Shown: positions 47,580 to 59,060 of the stretch, one piece after another
Layout: the number at the start of each line of letters is the position of its first letter
Numbering within the stretch: the first letter of the stretch is position 1
DNA from: a virus
Lineage: Duplodnaviria > Caudoviricetes
DNA: 64,000 nt
IMG/VR virus record: IMGVR_UViG_3300030376_005461
Span: 2,850-66,849 of that record
Reading direction: 5' to 3' (one strand)
The notes under the pieces: model-generated
The model's input: the letters and a program-made list of their open reading frames with translations, nothing else
Databases searched by the model: none
What the model was told of the DNA's origin: nothing
Made by a program: the position numbers and the translations under genes

Positions 47580-48305
47580 GTGCTTCTAGTAGACGATAGA
47601 GAGAACCCTAAAGTAATTAACAAAATACTTATGAGAATGGGCGATGCTAAACAAGATGAGAAAGGTTTGGCTAAAGTAATTAGAATGAAAAGTGCTGATT
47701 ATAGAATGGGTACTTGGGGTATAGAAGCAAAAGAAATCAATGATTTGTATAGGTCTATTATGGGGTATGGTAGAAGTCGTACAATTGTAGCACAACTCAA
47801 AGATTTACAAGATGCGGTAGAGAATCCTTTCTTAGTAGTGTACGGTACTAAGTTTAAACCTTACATACCTAGTGGTAGACCAACGGCTAGATTAATGGCT
47901 ATAGAGAATGCTAGAATGAAAAAAGTAACTCAGCAATTTAAGATGACTTTCTACCAAAGATTCCCTAAGATAAGATATATGGAATTAAACAGTATGGATG
48001 ATTTTGTAGATTGGTTAATTATTAACCATACACAAATTAGTTTAAAGGAAAAAATAACATTCAAAGATTTACCACAAGATATCCAAACAGAACTAAAAAA
48101 TAATGACTACGACCCTAAAGTTATAGTTCTTAGTTCTCTTAGCGGTATTACTCCTAAACACGCACAAGACTTGTTAAATAAGTTTGGTAGCATACCTAAG
48201 ATACTACACTCAAGAACTACACAAAAATCTCTTATGGAGATAGAAGGTATTGGTAGAGAAAAGGCTAAACGTATTTTAAGCCTAAGAGAAACTTATCAAG
48301 AGTAA
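47580..48305 (+). CDS. ERCC4/XPF (Hef-like) nuclease with HhH repeats
   Basis: LLVDDRE, ADY, IEAK, then LSGITPKHA and IEGIGREKA helix-hairpin-helix motifs. Confidence 0.85.
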   Translation: MLLVDDRENPKVINKILMRMGDAKQDEKGLAKVIRMKSADYRMGTWGIEAKEINDLYRSIMGYGRSRTIVAQLKDLQDAVENPFLVVYGTKFKPYIPSGRPTARLMAIENARMKKVTQQFKMTFYQRFPKIRYMELNSMDDFVDWLIINHTQISLKEKITFKDLPQDIQTELKNNDYDPKVIVLSSLSGITPKHAQDLLNKFGSIPKILHSRTTQKSLMEIEGIGREKAKRILSLRETYQE

Positions 48306-51300
48306 GTAGTAAAAGTATTAGTAGTTGCTCTAGAATGACCGGACGCTCTATTTAGTGTTACTTCTGTATCACTTAAAACTACTGAGTTATAATCAGAACT
48401 ATCGTTAGTAGAACCCGCTACTCTTTTTATTTCTATCGTTAAAGTATTTCCTGCTACTTCTGCACCTACAACTTTGTTAGAGAATAGAGAGTTATAAGAA
48501 TTATTTAGATTTGCGTTTATCAAAGTAGTTTGTGACTTACTATTTCCGTTTTGGTCGCAAGTTACTGTAACAGTTAATTCTGCTATGTTACTACTCGGTT
48601 GATTAACGGCGTGTGTAATGTAACTATTTATACTTATATCATTAGTCTTTATGTCTCTAGGTATTTTTACCTTTAATTTAGCAGTAGTAACATTTACAGG
48701 AGTATTACTATCTTCAGTAAACCCAATACCCGGAAATGATATTCCGTCATCGGTAATAGTAGCAGTACCGCCTGTAGGTTTTAAATCTACAGAAGCATCT
48801 ATTCCTCTATTACTACTAGGTACTGCGTTAGGTCTTGTTTGTCCTAGTATAGAAAACTCACTAAAACTATTGTTATCATCTCCTAATCCTATTCTATTAG
48901 TAATATTACCATAAGTAGTAGAACTCATAGTATTAATATTATTATCTTGCGTAAAACTTAATCCCGTAGAACCACTAGTTTCGGAAGAAGGAACTGTAGT
49001 ACTTTGGCCTTGCCCACCTACATTATTAGAATTACTTACTGTACTAGTACTTGTTGTATTTTCTGTAGTAGGTAAACTTAATACAGGCGGGGGATTAGGT
49101 TGAAATACAGGGTTGTTTGCAGAACTAAATAAGAACTGTTCTACTGTAGAAGTATTTAGTGATTCATCATTAATTAAAGTTAGAGATACTTCTTCGTCAG
49201 CCATACTTACACGCCAATTTATTTTTTCTATAGTAAGTATTTCATTACTTAAATCTAAAGATTTATCTGTATAGGTTACATAGGTAGCCGGACGATATTT
49301 CATATCTTTACATATATGTACTCTAGGTGCGTAGTATTCTTGTCTAGGTGCATCAAACATATGAAACTCACCAAAAATCTTTCCGCCTAATGGGAAGATA
49401 CTGTTATCATTATAATCTGAACCACTTCCATCAGCACTTAAATTAATATCGTGTATAGAATTACTGTTTCTAACAATATTAGCGTGTGTAGGGTCGCCAC
49501 ATCTATGTCTTAGTAATGCTCTACAGTAATCAGTATTAACGGAGATTACTATTTTAGCACCGGAAATGCTACCATCATTAGACCAATATGTTTTAGGTAT
49601 AGGTATTTCATAAAAACCATTACCTTTTACATCTACTGAGCCATAATTATTAGTAGTAATATCCTGCGTTACCTTTTCCCTAGCATCACTGTAAGCATAA
49701 TCTACCATATATACAGTAAATACTAAGTCATCAATACTTACTCCCGCTTGGTTGGGTTTGATAGCGACAAACATTCTCATATCTTCTCCTGTAGTTTCAC
49801 TAACTAAAGGACATCTATTAGCAACATCTACTACTTGTACCGCATAAGCAATACTTTTAGCACCATACCAATAAAAGTTATTACTCCAATTTACACTTCC
49901 GTTATGGCTACTTGTTTGGCTATATTTACTGTCTCCGTATCTATGATAAATATCAGTACTAGTTTTCATATTACCATCTAGTGCGTTTTGCGTTCCTGTA
50001 AATAACGCTCCGCCCGAACCTAACCTAGTCCAATATTGATAAGAGTTACTACTACCTATTTCTCCGTTGCCATGAAACGCTATGTAAGGGTCGGCTATGT
50101 ATCCGTATCTACCTGTGTGTAGCATTTTGTCTGCTACATTTACGGTTAAAGTATCTTCTAAATAACTATCTTGTCTAGGAGTTACATTTAAGACTAATTT
50201 AGATGTTTTGTTTTTGTTGTATTCTTTTTGTGCTATTTTTAATGCTTCTAAAGATTGTGTTATTTGCGGCATTTGTATTACTTTCCAACTTGTAGAATCA
50301 GTTAAATTAGTTGCGGGGTAATCTATAAAAGATTTGCTTTGGTCATAGAATACTCGTACATTACTAATCTGCCCACTTACTTCTGACTTAAAACTATTTT
50401 TCTGTACATTTAATCTATCAAAAGATACACCGCTATTGTATTTAGGTCTATAAGATAATCTACCATCTCTACCTGCAAGCCAAGAAAAACTAGTATGGTG
50501 ATTGTTTGTTGTACCGAAACCACTACTTTTACTAATATCTTTAGTTATATTTAGTAAATTTTGAGAATTAGCGTTAAGTGTAGAACCATAATTATCTATG
50601 TTACTAGTACTACCATCGCTAGTCATATTGTTTGTCAAGGGAATATTATTAATATCGTACATCAAAGGTAGTTTTACCGGCGCTCGCCAATTATACAACA
50701 ATGACGATAACCACAAACTTCTAAATTTATCACTATCGTAATATGTACCGCTACTTTTACTTTCTACTCTACCTTCTAAGTGCATTAGCATTCTTAAAGC
50801 AAATTGATTACTTACGGTACTATTAACTGTAATGTTATCAAATCTATCTTCTGTATTAGTTGTATCGTCTTTTAGTAAAATAGCGACAGTAGAGCCTACA
50901 GTAATATTATTTGTATCTATATAGGTCATAATGCTTTGTTCCAAACCACTACTACTACTTGTAGCACTTTCAAAAGTATTTTCTATCGTAGCATCTACAG
51001 TTTTTATACCACCTAGTTGTTTTGGTATTTTCCATGTATCAGCATTTGCCCATGTTCCGGTAACTAATAATCTATCTTGTCTTGTAGTACCACTATCATC
51101 CCATTCGGTTACTTGTACTATTTTATGTTTAGTCGTATCTCCTAGAATAGTAGTTCTAAATATCATCATACCTGCTTTTGCTCCCCACTCTAAAAATGTT
51201 TTAGCACCATTAATAGAATCTGTGCTTATTTCTGTGTGGTCTGCGGGAATTGTTGCTCCTGTCATAGAGCCTGTACCACCTGCCGAAACTTTTTGATTAA

Positions 51301-54300
51301 CGCCCGCAGTATATTCTGTTTCTTGTTTCATAGACCATGTAAAGTAATAATCTTTATCTGTGTTAACTGTACTGCCGTCATCTTTTTGTCTAGCCATAAT
51401 TCTACCGATACCGGAATCATCAAAAATAGTTAAATCATCTACCATAATACCTGCATCTCCTACACTTATACCGTTGTCTACTGAAAATACGGTACTATCT
51501 ATTAATGTAGCATCGCTAATAATTCTAAATTGATTTTCGTGTTGTTTTAAACCACCATCAACATTTTTGTAGGTAGGGGTCGCTTCATTATAATAGTTAT
51601 CTATTAACGAAACAAAACCTCTAGTTTGTGTATCGTAATCTACTAAGTTAGTGTTGCCGCCGGCTACTTGCCCTACTTTACCACCGTTAATAAAAGTATT
51701 AAGGTTAAAGAAAGGGGAAGTATCTATAACTAAAAACGCTCCGGCTTTATCTTCCCAATCATGATATTTAGTTAAAGTATCCGATTCCGAACCTGTTATT
51801 GGGGCAAACCTTAACCCACCTATTTTTCCAAAAGTACCATCACCATTCGACTCAGTTCCTTTCGAAGTTCCTGCTCCACAAGTAAATACAGTAGGGTCAG
51901 TTACAGTAATTTGATAATGACCATCGTGTAGATTACTATTATAAATATGTACATAATCTCCTGTGCTTAGACCATGTACTGCTTGAGTAGTAACTTGTAA
52001 AGCGCCACTACTATCAGCAAAAAGTAATGTGCTTGTATGCACGTTATCATAATCTACGGGTTTTGACATTGGGCCTGTAGTAGATATATCGGATACAGGA
52101 TTTACATTTTCGATAAGTATATCTTCTCCTATTTTTAATTCAGTAAATTTATCTACTTGTCCATTAGATTTAAATTGGTCTGTAAAATATAAAGTTGGTT
52201 TATAATTTTGGAATATAGGAGATGCTAAACCAAAATCTGTTTTTCTAGACTCGCCATCAGCGTTTGCTTGTCCGTTGTTTCTCATGTCTGCCCATAATAA
52301 CCACAAATGTTTATAGTCATCTGATATGTCACATATTTTAAGTGTGGCTATGTCTGCTAAACCACTAGAGGACGCAGTAATAGGTACATTTAAAAATTGA
52401 CAACCTATTAAATAATAATTACTTCCTACATTAGCAACTCCTTTGTAGATAAATTTAACATACTTATATGCTTGTGGGCTTGTTCCGCTTGTAGTAATTT
52501 CTGCTACCCCACTTCTTTTACCTGCTACATTTAAAGTATTATACAAAGTTACATCTATTTGTACGCTTGTAGAATTAGCAAGTATACTACTTTGTACTCT
52601 ACCTTGTGCTTTCGCAAGCCTATTTATTTGACCATACCTATATTGAAACCATAATGACTTAGGTAAATCCGCCATCCATTTTGTATGTAAATTTCTATAC
52701 TGTACTAATGTGTGGTTACTTGACGCAGGAGTTAATGTAGCACCTGTATCTTTTTGCCAAGAATATCTATTATTGCCGGAAAGTAAAGTTGAGTTTACAT
52801 AATTTCCTTTATCAAAAAAAGCATAAGGTCTATCAGTAGTTACTACCCATAAAAAATTAGTAAACCAATTTACGGCATTACTATTTACAAAGTAATTATA
52901 TATTCTTTTTACGTTTACTACTTTATGTCTACCTCTAACAAGAGAATTAAGAATGTTTCCTGTCTGTATAGTACTAGTATTATCATCTTGAGAATTAACG
53001 TATATGTAATCCCCTATATTTAAAGAAGGGTCTGCATCCATATAAAAATTATAAGTATCTGTAGTAGGGTCATTAGCCGTAGGATGAGAGTCTTGAAACG
53101 TGTCATATTGAGGAAAAGAAAACATATTTGTAGCACCACTATAAACTGCGCCACTATAGTTATTAATCATGACTATTTTTGCCGTTTCGGGAGTATAAGT
53201 AAGACCATCAAAAAATAACAACTGATTACCGTTATGGTGAGACAAATAACTACTACTTACTGCGGCAGGAGAATCAAATTTAGTTTTAAGGGTAATGTTA
53301 GATGTAGTAGTATTATAAGCAGAAATATTTGAATTTGCTATTTTAAGAGCAGTACTATCTATACTGTATGCGGTTGTAGCGTGTTGAGCCCCTATTTCTA
53401 TATAACTTCTAAGTGTACCGCTTGTTCCACTAGCCCAAGAACCATCTAATCCTTTACCAAAACCTAAAATATCTATTCCTTCATAGTAGTGGTGTAAATT
53501 ATTTGGGCCAAATTCAGTATCTTCATTGTTATACATTTGTATAGGAAGACCGCTATACAATTGCATTCTTTGGTTACTTTCTTCTAAGTAACTATTACCC
53601 GAATTAAAACCAATACTTTTATCTAAAAGTTTTAATTGCTTAGTACCTAAATACATCATTTCTTTATATCCTTCTGTTTCTGTTAACCAATAAGGAACTT
53701 CTGTACCGTATTCAGTAGGTATAGATTCTTGTCCTATATCCCAAACAGGTAGTTGTGTATCTAATAACGCCGTTCTATCATTAGCGCTTATTTTTATTTC
53801 TCTACCTGCCCTTACCCCCTCACTTATAGTAAAGTCGGTAATTACCCCTCTCCATATAGGTCTATCTATTCGGTTACTTTCATCCCCAAATAATAATACT
53901 TCCCAATTAGAAGGGGTAGATGCGGAAAATAAATTTTTAAGTTTGTTGTGAGCATAGTCACTATCGTCTTCTCCGTATGTATTATCTACATCAGTATCTT
54001 CTGCGTCGTCATATAAAGTAAAACCACATCTACTAAACCCATTATTAACAAGACTTAATTGTAAATTACTTATAGGCGCTTCTGCTACTCTATCTGCGTG
54101 TTTCATGTGGTCGCTTAGCGGTCTAACTAAACCTACTCTATCAATCATACAAAACAAAGTACTATGGTTTTCATTTGTACTACTTTCTATTTGCCAACCA
54201 TACATACTTGCGGCAGTAGGTGTACCGGACATACTTAAGCCCGAATGTAATAATTCTCCATCACAATATACATCGTATTCGCTATTACTATAATCCATTA

Positions 54301-55390
54301 CAAAATCAAAGTCAAGCCAACAATCATCATTAACTATATTTTGGTCTGTATCATTTCCTACATAAGCCCCACCAAAATAGTCATAAGTATATGCCCTACC
54401 CGAACTATATTTAGCATTATACCATTCATATGTAATTGCAGGAGTGCCGGTAAACCCTTTACTATTTGTTAATGTGGTAGCGGCATATCCTATTTTAAAA
54501 GTAATTTTAGGCGGAGAACCTGCACCGGAAGTTGTACCTATAAAAGACCGGAAGCAAACTCTAGCAGTAAACACATCGCCGTCTAATTTACTATTTAGGC
54601 TACCATCATAAGAAATAATAGGGTTGTTATTGTTAGCGTTGGTGTGTATAACCAAGAAAGGTTTACCGCTTGGAGATTTAACAGGATGGAATAAATTAAG
54701 TGGAGTAGTAGTCTCAGTAAATGTTAATGTTTCTCCTTGCCACACGCCTGTTATATTTGCGAAAGATGTTTCTCTAACTTTACCGCCACCATCTAAAGAG
54801 CCACCACTATTAAAAGCACCGGCTTTTTTAAGAGCGTAATTAGTATTAGTAAAATCACTACCATCAGTAGTATAATATGCTTCCATATTTTCTCTACCAT
54901 ATGTAGCATCTATTGTACCCGTAGAGACTAGATACCTACCTAGTGTATTATACCCATTACAAAATAATTGATACCCATTTATATCTGTACCACTTAGCCC
55001 ACTATCTGTACCTTCGTTATATTTACTTCTGTTTGCATTAGTATGCCCATCGGGATATTGTAACTGCGACTTTCCTTGATATCTATAATGTTGTTGTCTA
55101 ATAGTATCATTACTTGCGAATTCAAAACTACCTTTATTTTTAAGGTATTTATTAGTAGTTGTGCTTACGTGAGTAGAACCTAATCTGTTTCTGTCTGTAA
55201 CAGACCATCTAAATCTAGGATTTAGTGTGGCCTCTCCGTTTAACATATTACCGTGATGACTATTTTTATCGTCATAAGTATTTGCTACGTTAGGAGTATT
55301 AGAATCATCCGGTAAAGCCCTAGCGCCTAAGAAATCATCATAATAGCCGGCAAGCCATATTTGATATTTACTTGTTACGGGTCTTACCAT
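48296..55390 (-). CDS. Giant tail tip/hub protein (2364 aa)
   Basis: Directly downstream of the tape measure gene. Hub-like motifs (IWRGVITDF...ISANDRTALL; FSWLAGRDGRLSY); beta-rich carbohydrate-binding-like regions. Confidence 0.65.
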   Translation of the reverse strand: MVRPVTSKYQIWLAGYYDDFLGARALPDDSNTPNVANTYDDKNSHHGNMLNGEATLNPRFRWSVTDRNRLGSTHVSTTTNKYLKNKGSFEFASNDTIRQQHYRYQGKSQLQYPDGHTNANRSKYNEGTDSGLSGTDINGYQLFCNGYNTLGRYLVSTGTIDATYGRENMEAYYTTDGSDFTNTNYALKKAGAFNSGGSLDGGGKVRETSFANITGVWQGETLTFTETTTPLNLFHPVKSPSGKPFLVIHTNANNNNPIISYDGSLNSKLDGDVFTARVCFRSFIGTTSGAGSPPKITFKIGYAATTLTNSKGFTGTPAITYEWYNAKYSSGRAYTYDYFGGAYVGNDTDQNIVNDDCWLDFDFVMDYSNSEYDVYCDGELLHSGLSMSGTPTAASMYGWQIESSTNENHSTLFCMIDRVGLVRPLSDHMKHADRVAEAPISNLQLSLVNNGFSRCGFTLYDDAEDTDVDNTYGEDDSDYAHNKLKNLFSASTPSNWEVLLFGDESNRIDRPIWRGVITDFTISEGVRAGREIKISANDRTALLDTQLPVWDIGQESIPTEYGTEVPYWLTETEGYKEMMYLGTKQLKLLDKSIGFNSGNSYLEESNQRMQLYSGLPIQMYNNEDTEFGPNNLHHYYEGIDILGFGKGLDGSWASGTSGTLRSYIEIGAQHATTAYSIDSTALKIANSNISAYNTTTSNITLKTKFDSPAAVSSSYLSHHNGNQLLFFDGLTYTPETAKIVMINNYSGAVYSGATNMFSFPQYDTFQDSHPTANDPTTDTYNFYMDADPSLNIGDYIYVNSQDDNTSTIQTGNILNSLVRGRHKVVNVKRIYNYFVNSNAVNWFTNFLWVVTTDRPYAFFDKGNYVNSTLLSGNNRYSWQKDTGATLTPASSNHTLVQYRNLHTKWMADLPKSLWFQYRYGQINRLAKAQGRVQSSILANSTSVQIDVTLYNTLNVAGKRSGVAEITTSGTSPQAYKYVKFIYKGVANVGSNYYLIGCQFLNVPITASSSGLADIATLKICDISDDYKHLWLLWADMRNNGQANADGESRKTDFGLASPIFQNYKPTLYFTDQFKSNGQVDKFTELKIGEDILIENVNPVSDISTTGPMSKPVDYDNVHTSTLLFADSSGALQVTTQAVHGLSTGDYVHIYNSNLHDGHYQITVTDPTVFTCGAGTSKGTESNGDGTFGKIGGLRFAPITGSESDTLTKYHDWEDKAGAFLVIDTSPFFNLNTFINGGKVGQVAGGNTNLVDYDTQTRGFVSLIDNYYNEATPTYKNVDGGLKQHENQFRIISDATLIDSTVFSVDNGISVGDAGIMVDDLTIFDDSGIGRIMARQKDDGSTVNTDKDYYFTWSMKQETEYTAGVNQKVSAGGTGSMTGATIPADHTEISTDSINGAKTFLEWGAKAGMMIFRTTILGDTTKHKIVQVTEWDDSGTTRQDRLLVTGTWANADTWKIPKQLGGIKTVDATIENTFESATSSSSGLEQSIMTYIDTNNITVGSTVAILLKDDTTNTEDRFDNITVNSTVSNQFALRMLMHLEGRVESKSSGTYYDSDKFRSLWLSSLLYNWRAPVKLPLMYDINNIPLTNNMTSDGSTSNIDNYGSTLNANSQNLLNITKDISKSSGFGTTNNHHTSFSWLAGRDGRLSYRPKYNSGVSFDRLNVQKNSFKSEVSGQISNVRVFYDQSKSFIDYPATNLTDSTSWKVIQMPQITQSLEALKIAQKEYNKNKTSKLVLNVTPRQDSYLEDTLTVNVADKMLHTGRYGYIADPYIAFHGNGEIGSSNSYQYWTRLGSGGALFTGTQNALDGNMKTSTDIYHRYGDSKYSQTSSHNGSVNWSNNFYWYGAKSIAYAVQVVDVANRCPLVSETTGEDMRMFVAIKPNQAGVSIDDLVFTVYMVDYAYSDAREKVTQDITTNNYGSVDVKGNGFYEIPIPKTYWSNDGSISGAKIVISVNTDYCRALLRHRCGDPTHANIVRNSNSIHDINLSADGSGSDYNDNSIFPLGGKIFGEFHMFDAPRQEYYAPRVHICKDMKYRPATYVTYTDKSLDLSNEILTIEKINWRVSMADEEVSLTLINDESLNTSTVEQFLFSSANNPVFQPNPPPVLSLPTTENTTSTSTVSNSNNVGGQGQSTTVPSSETSGSTGLSFTQDNNINTMSSTTYGNITNRIGLGDDNNSFSEFSILGQTRPNAVPSSNRGIDASVDLKPTGGTATITDDGISFPGIGFTEDSNTPVNVTTAKLKVKIPRDIKTNDISINSYITHAVNQPSSNIAELTVTVTCDQNGNSKSQTTLINANLNNSYNSLFSNKVVGAEVAGNTLTIEIKRVAGSTNDSSDYNSVVLSDTEVTLNRASGHSRATTNTFTTYS

Positions 55391-55403
55391 TTTATCATCT
55401 CTC

Positions 55404-58400
55404 TTATACTGTATTCAAATTAATGTTTATACCCAAGCCACCTGCGCCTTGACTAATTTGTGCTAGTATTTCATCCGCTACTTGTCTTGTTGTCATACCA
55501 TTAAAGTTATTTGTCATGATAACTTCTGTATTATTTATAAGGTTCTCAACTCCTGTTTGTTGCACTTGCTTTATTAAATCTCCTGTTAGATTATTAGCAC
55601 TCATACCATAAAATAATTCTTCTCTAGCGTTAGAAAACTTTTGTATAGCATCTGTAGCGAGTTCCCATGACTTTGCTTCATTTACACCACTACCATCTTC
55701 TTTCTTACCAAATAATTCTTCATATTCTATTCCTGCTTCTTTTAGATACTCTACTAAACTAGCATCATCTACTATCAAACCTTCTTGTATTCCCTTAAAT
55801 ACTTGGTTGTATTGTGGTGCGTTTTTCTTCATAGTTTCTAAATTTTGGTTCATTAAATCAAGTTGTTCGGATACAGCACCTTTCCCAAACATTTCTGTAT
55901 TCCTATATACGAGTCCTGCAAGAGCGCCTTCCGCAAACGCCTGTACAGTTTCCTTCCGAAAACCATCTGCGCTATGTCCGCCACTAAATATACTATCTCT
56001 ACCAACCCTAGTTTTTTCTTCTAATGCTTCCATCTCATTATTTAATTTCATAAAAAGTTTTAAATCATCAGTTAATAATAAATTAGACTCTCCTCTAGCC
56101 GCTTCCATTCCGCTTACAATTCTAAACTGTTCTTCTAGTGTACCTAGTTTTTCTAACTCTACCGCTAACAAATTTTCTGCGGTATCTAATTCTGAATTTT
56201 GTAATTGTGTTACTAATCCTCGTTGCTCTTTTATATCCTCTAGTAATCCGCTTGCAGTTACGTCACCTAAACCGGCCATTACATCAGTTACGTTAGCGGC
56301 AGTACTTTCTATACCTTCAAATTCAGCAGTTAAAAGACTTGCTTGGTATCTTGTTTTAGCCATATTATGGCCTATTGCCGCAACCGCCGCTACTACAAGT
56401 AAAGCGGTAGTTAAAAACCCACCTAATGTAGTTACATAAGTTTTAAACGCCAAAGCCGCTTCTTTTATTGCTTTGGTATTAATTTTTTGTACTCTAGTAT
56501 TTTCTTCTACTAAGTCAGTACTTTTGGCTACGTTTCTATGATATGGTTCAAGGAAAGTTAATATGTGGTCTAATCCTGTTTTTGTTCCTTTACCTATTGA
56601 TTTTACATATTTATTTTGTACAATAGTATTTTTTATTGTGGCCGCTTCGCTTTTTAAGTTTGCCCCAGTAAAGGCTAACATAGCAAAAGTACTTAAACCC
56701 ATTCCTACTTTCATTACTCTAGTATTATTACTTAACAACATTATAGCGCCACCTGCGGCGGTAGCCGCACCTGCTACAGTGTTCATTGTCAAAGCGTTTC
56801 TAGCAATAGCATCACCTTTTTCCTTCTCTCTTTTAGCGTTTTCTTCGGCTACTGCTAACCCATGTCTAGAAAGTGCGTCTGCCGCTTCTTCTCTAGCAAT
56901 CGCTTGTTGTTTTATAATATCAATAGACTCTCTTTCAGTTTGCATTAACTCTTCTAATTGTATTTTTAAATTCATTAAATTAGAAGTTTGTTCATTAGTT
57001 ACTACCCCTAATTGACCTTCTGCATCAATAGTGGCTTGAGTTTGCATATGTGCTAGTCTTTCAATATGTATCTCTTCTTTTTTAGCCTTTATTTCTTCTT
57101 GAATTTGGCTTAAGTGAACTTTACCTATTTGTACTAACTCATTCGACCTCGCCAAATTATCTTGTTGAATAATTACTTGACTTTTACTTAATTGTTTAAT
57201 TTCTATATTTTCTTGTTTTATACCATGAATTTCATTATTTCTTAAAATATTTAATTGTCTATATATTTCAGTATATCTTCTTGCCGCTTCATTACCTTGC
57301 CCATACGCAGTAGCGAGTACTATTTCCTCTCCGGCTAAAGCCTTAGTAACTGATGTTAGGGTTGTAGTTGCTACTGATAAAGATTGAAACATAAGAAAAG
57401 TATTAAATAGTGGCCCAAAAGTAGTTCTTACTACACCGGCAAGACCAACAAATCCACCTATAAGTGTAGGACTAACTTCTACTATTTCTGCTAACGATTT
57501 ATTAAAAGCGGCTTGTTTTTCAGTTACGGCAGTTAAAGAAGGTAATAAAGCATCTCCTAGTCTTGCTTGATAGTTTGCTAAGTTCGCTTCTGCTTCCCTG
57601 TATCTATTTATATTACTCTCTAATCTAATATTAACTTCGTCTAAAGCCGGCATCAAAGCCATTTCTCCTTCGTGTTGTAGTTGTAGAACTCGGTCATACC
57701 CTTCAATCAATTTAATTAATCTAGTATAATGTCTGTTACCTGCTACTACCTGTGCGATATTTTGTTGTTGACCCTTTTCCATTGTAGGCCATTCTTCATT
57801 TAATTGTCTTAAAATCTCAGACAAAGGAAGTAATGAATCATTAGCATCGTGCGTGGCTATTCCTAAGTCCTGTAATGCAGTAGCCGCACCGGAAGTATCA
57901 GCACCAAGTCTAGCATAGACGGCTCTAATAGCCCTACCACCCTTTCCTTGTTCTTCACCGGCTTCAATAAGTAAGGCTGACTGTGCGGCCATAAACGCTA
58001 GACTTTCTCCTGTAAGATTAGCCTGTGATGCGAATTGATTCATGACAAAAGTAACTTGTTCCATAGTTGCCGCAGAACGATTCTCTATTGTATTTAATTG
58101 GTCTAATACTCTTAAAGTATTTTGCCTAATAACTAACCCTTTCTCTTCGGCATCCGTAAGATTTTCTGTGCCTTCTGTCATAAAATGAATCTGCTGATTT
58201 AAGTTAACTAATCTTTGCATGGCTTTATCTGTTTCCATACCACTTATCAAACCAAACTCAAAACCTAATTGCGCCCCTACTGCGGTCTGTCCTTCTCCTA
58301 ATACTGATGCTAACTGTGCCATTTTTGAAGCGGCCTGTAACGCTTGGTCGCCTGTATAACCAAAACTAGCCCCTATATCCATTACGTCTTCTTTTAACGC

Positions 58401-58730
58401 TTCAAAATTTTCGCCTTCTGCTACGAACTTTTGTAATTCAATAGTAGCGTCTGCTATGGCTATTGTGGATGGTAAAATGCCTTCTACAAAAGAATCTATA
58501 GCATCACCAAACGCTTGTCCGGCTTCCTGTATATTACTTACAGAATCTAATATAAGAGCATTGAATACAGTCATTTGGGTGTCTGCATCTGAAATTAATC
58601 TCTTGGCTTGGAAACGACCTACAACGTCGAAGAAAACCTGTGAAGCACCCGCTCGGAGTACTACCATTAGTACTCCCATAAGACCTAACATTATAGGAGC
58701 GAAAGAGCCTAAACTAATAATTGGCATCAT
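55404..58730 (-). CDS. Tail tape measure protein
   Basis: 1108 aa, helical and Ala-rich, TP901-type core (AGEEQGKGGRAIRAVYARLG; ALQDLGIA), hydrophobic segments; start position uncertain. Confidence 0.9.
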   Translation of the reverse strand: MMPIISLGSFAPIMLGLMGVLMVVLRAGASQVFFDVVGRFQAKRLISDADTQMTVFNALILDSVSNIQEAGQAFGDAIDSFVEGILPSTIAIADATIELQKFVAEGENFEALKEDVMDIGASFGYTGDQALQAASKMAQLASVLGEGQTAVGAQLGFEFGLISGMETDKAMQRLVNLNQQIHFMTEGTENLTDAEEKGLVIRQNTLRVLDQLNTIENRSAATMEQVTFVMNQFASQANLTGESLAFMAAQSALLIEAGEEQGKGGRAIRAVYARLGADTSGAATALQDLGIATHDANDSLLPLSEILRQLNEEWPTMEKGQQQNIAQVVAGNRHYTRLIKLIEGYDRVLQLQHEGEMALMPALDEVNIRLESNINRYREAEANLANYQARLGDALLPSLTAVTEKQAAFNKSLAEIVEVSPTLIGGFVGLAGVVRTTFGPLFNTFLMFQSLSVATTTLTSVTKALAGEEIVLATAYGQGNEAARRYTEIYRQLNILRNNEIHGIKQENIEIKQLSKSQVIIQQDNLARSNELVQIGKVHLSQIQEEIKAKKEEIHIERLAHMQTQATIDAEGQLGVVTNEQTSNLMNLKIQLEELMQTERESIDIIKQQAIAREEAADALSRHGLAVAEENAKREKEKGDAIARNALTMNTVAGAATAAGGAIMLLSNNTRVMKVGMGLSTFAMLAFTGANLKSEAATIKNTIVQNKYVKSIGKGTKTGLDHILTFLEPYHRNVAKSTDLVEENTRVQKINTKAIKEAALAFKTYVTTLGGFLTTALLVVAAVAAIGHNMAKTRYQASLLTAEFEGIESTAANVTDVMAGLGDVTASGLLEDIKEQRGLVTQLQNSELDTAENLLAVELEKLGTLEEQFRIVSGMEAARGESNLLLTDDLKLFMKLNNEMEALEEKTRVGRDSIFSGGHSADGFRKETVQAFAEGALAGLVYRNTEMFGKGAVSEQLDLMNQNLETMKKNAPQYNQVFKGIQEGLIVDDASLVEYLKEAGIEYEELFGKKEDGSGVNEAKSWELATDAIQKFSNAREELFYGMSANNLTGDLIKQVQQTGVENLINNTEVIMTNNFNGMTTRQVADEILAQISQGAGGLGININLNTV

Positions 58731-58781
58731 ATTTCATTCACTCCACCTACTGCCGTACGGCACACTACAGATATAAATACC

Positions 58782-59060
58782 CTAAGTGTCGTTTAAGCCT
58801 TGTTGCTTACGTCTTGCTTCTCGCCTAGCATTTCTTCTTGCTACTACACTACTTGCATCATTAGCACTTAAAGGGGATAAACCAGTAGGGGATTTTTTGC
58901 TTGCTTGTTTTGTTGCGTCGGATATTCTATCATTTATTTCTAAAGCAATAAACATATCTAGTTCCATAAGATGTTTACCACTATCTTGATTATACTTTAT
59001 CCATAAATCAGAAGGTAATGTTCCTTTAAAAGCCATACAAAGTGAGGGTGCGACCCTCAC
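58782..59060 (-). CDS. Tail assembly chaperone, T segment (reached by -1 frameshift)
   Basis: Lies in the -1 frame of the upstream gene and is open through the slippery heptamer at 59066-59072. Confidence 0.65.
   Translation of the reverse strand: MRVAPSLCMAFKGTLPSDLWIKYNQDSGKHLMELDMFIALEINDRISDATKQASKKSPTGLSPLSANDASSVVARRNARREARRKQQGLNDT

Noticed and set aside
22956-47795. Minus-strand track ORFs within the early and replication arms
   Set aside because: Antisense to tightly coupled plus-strand genes with recognisable motifs.
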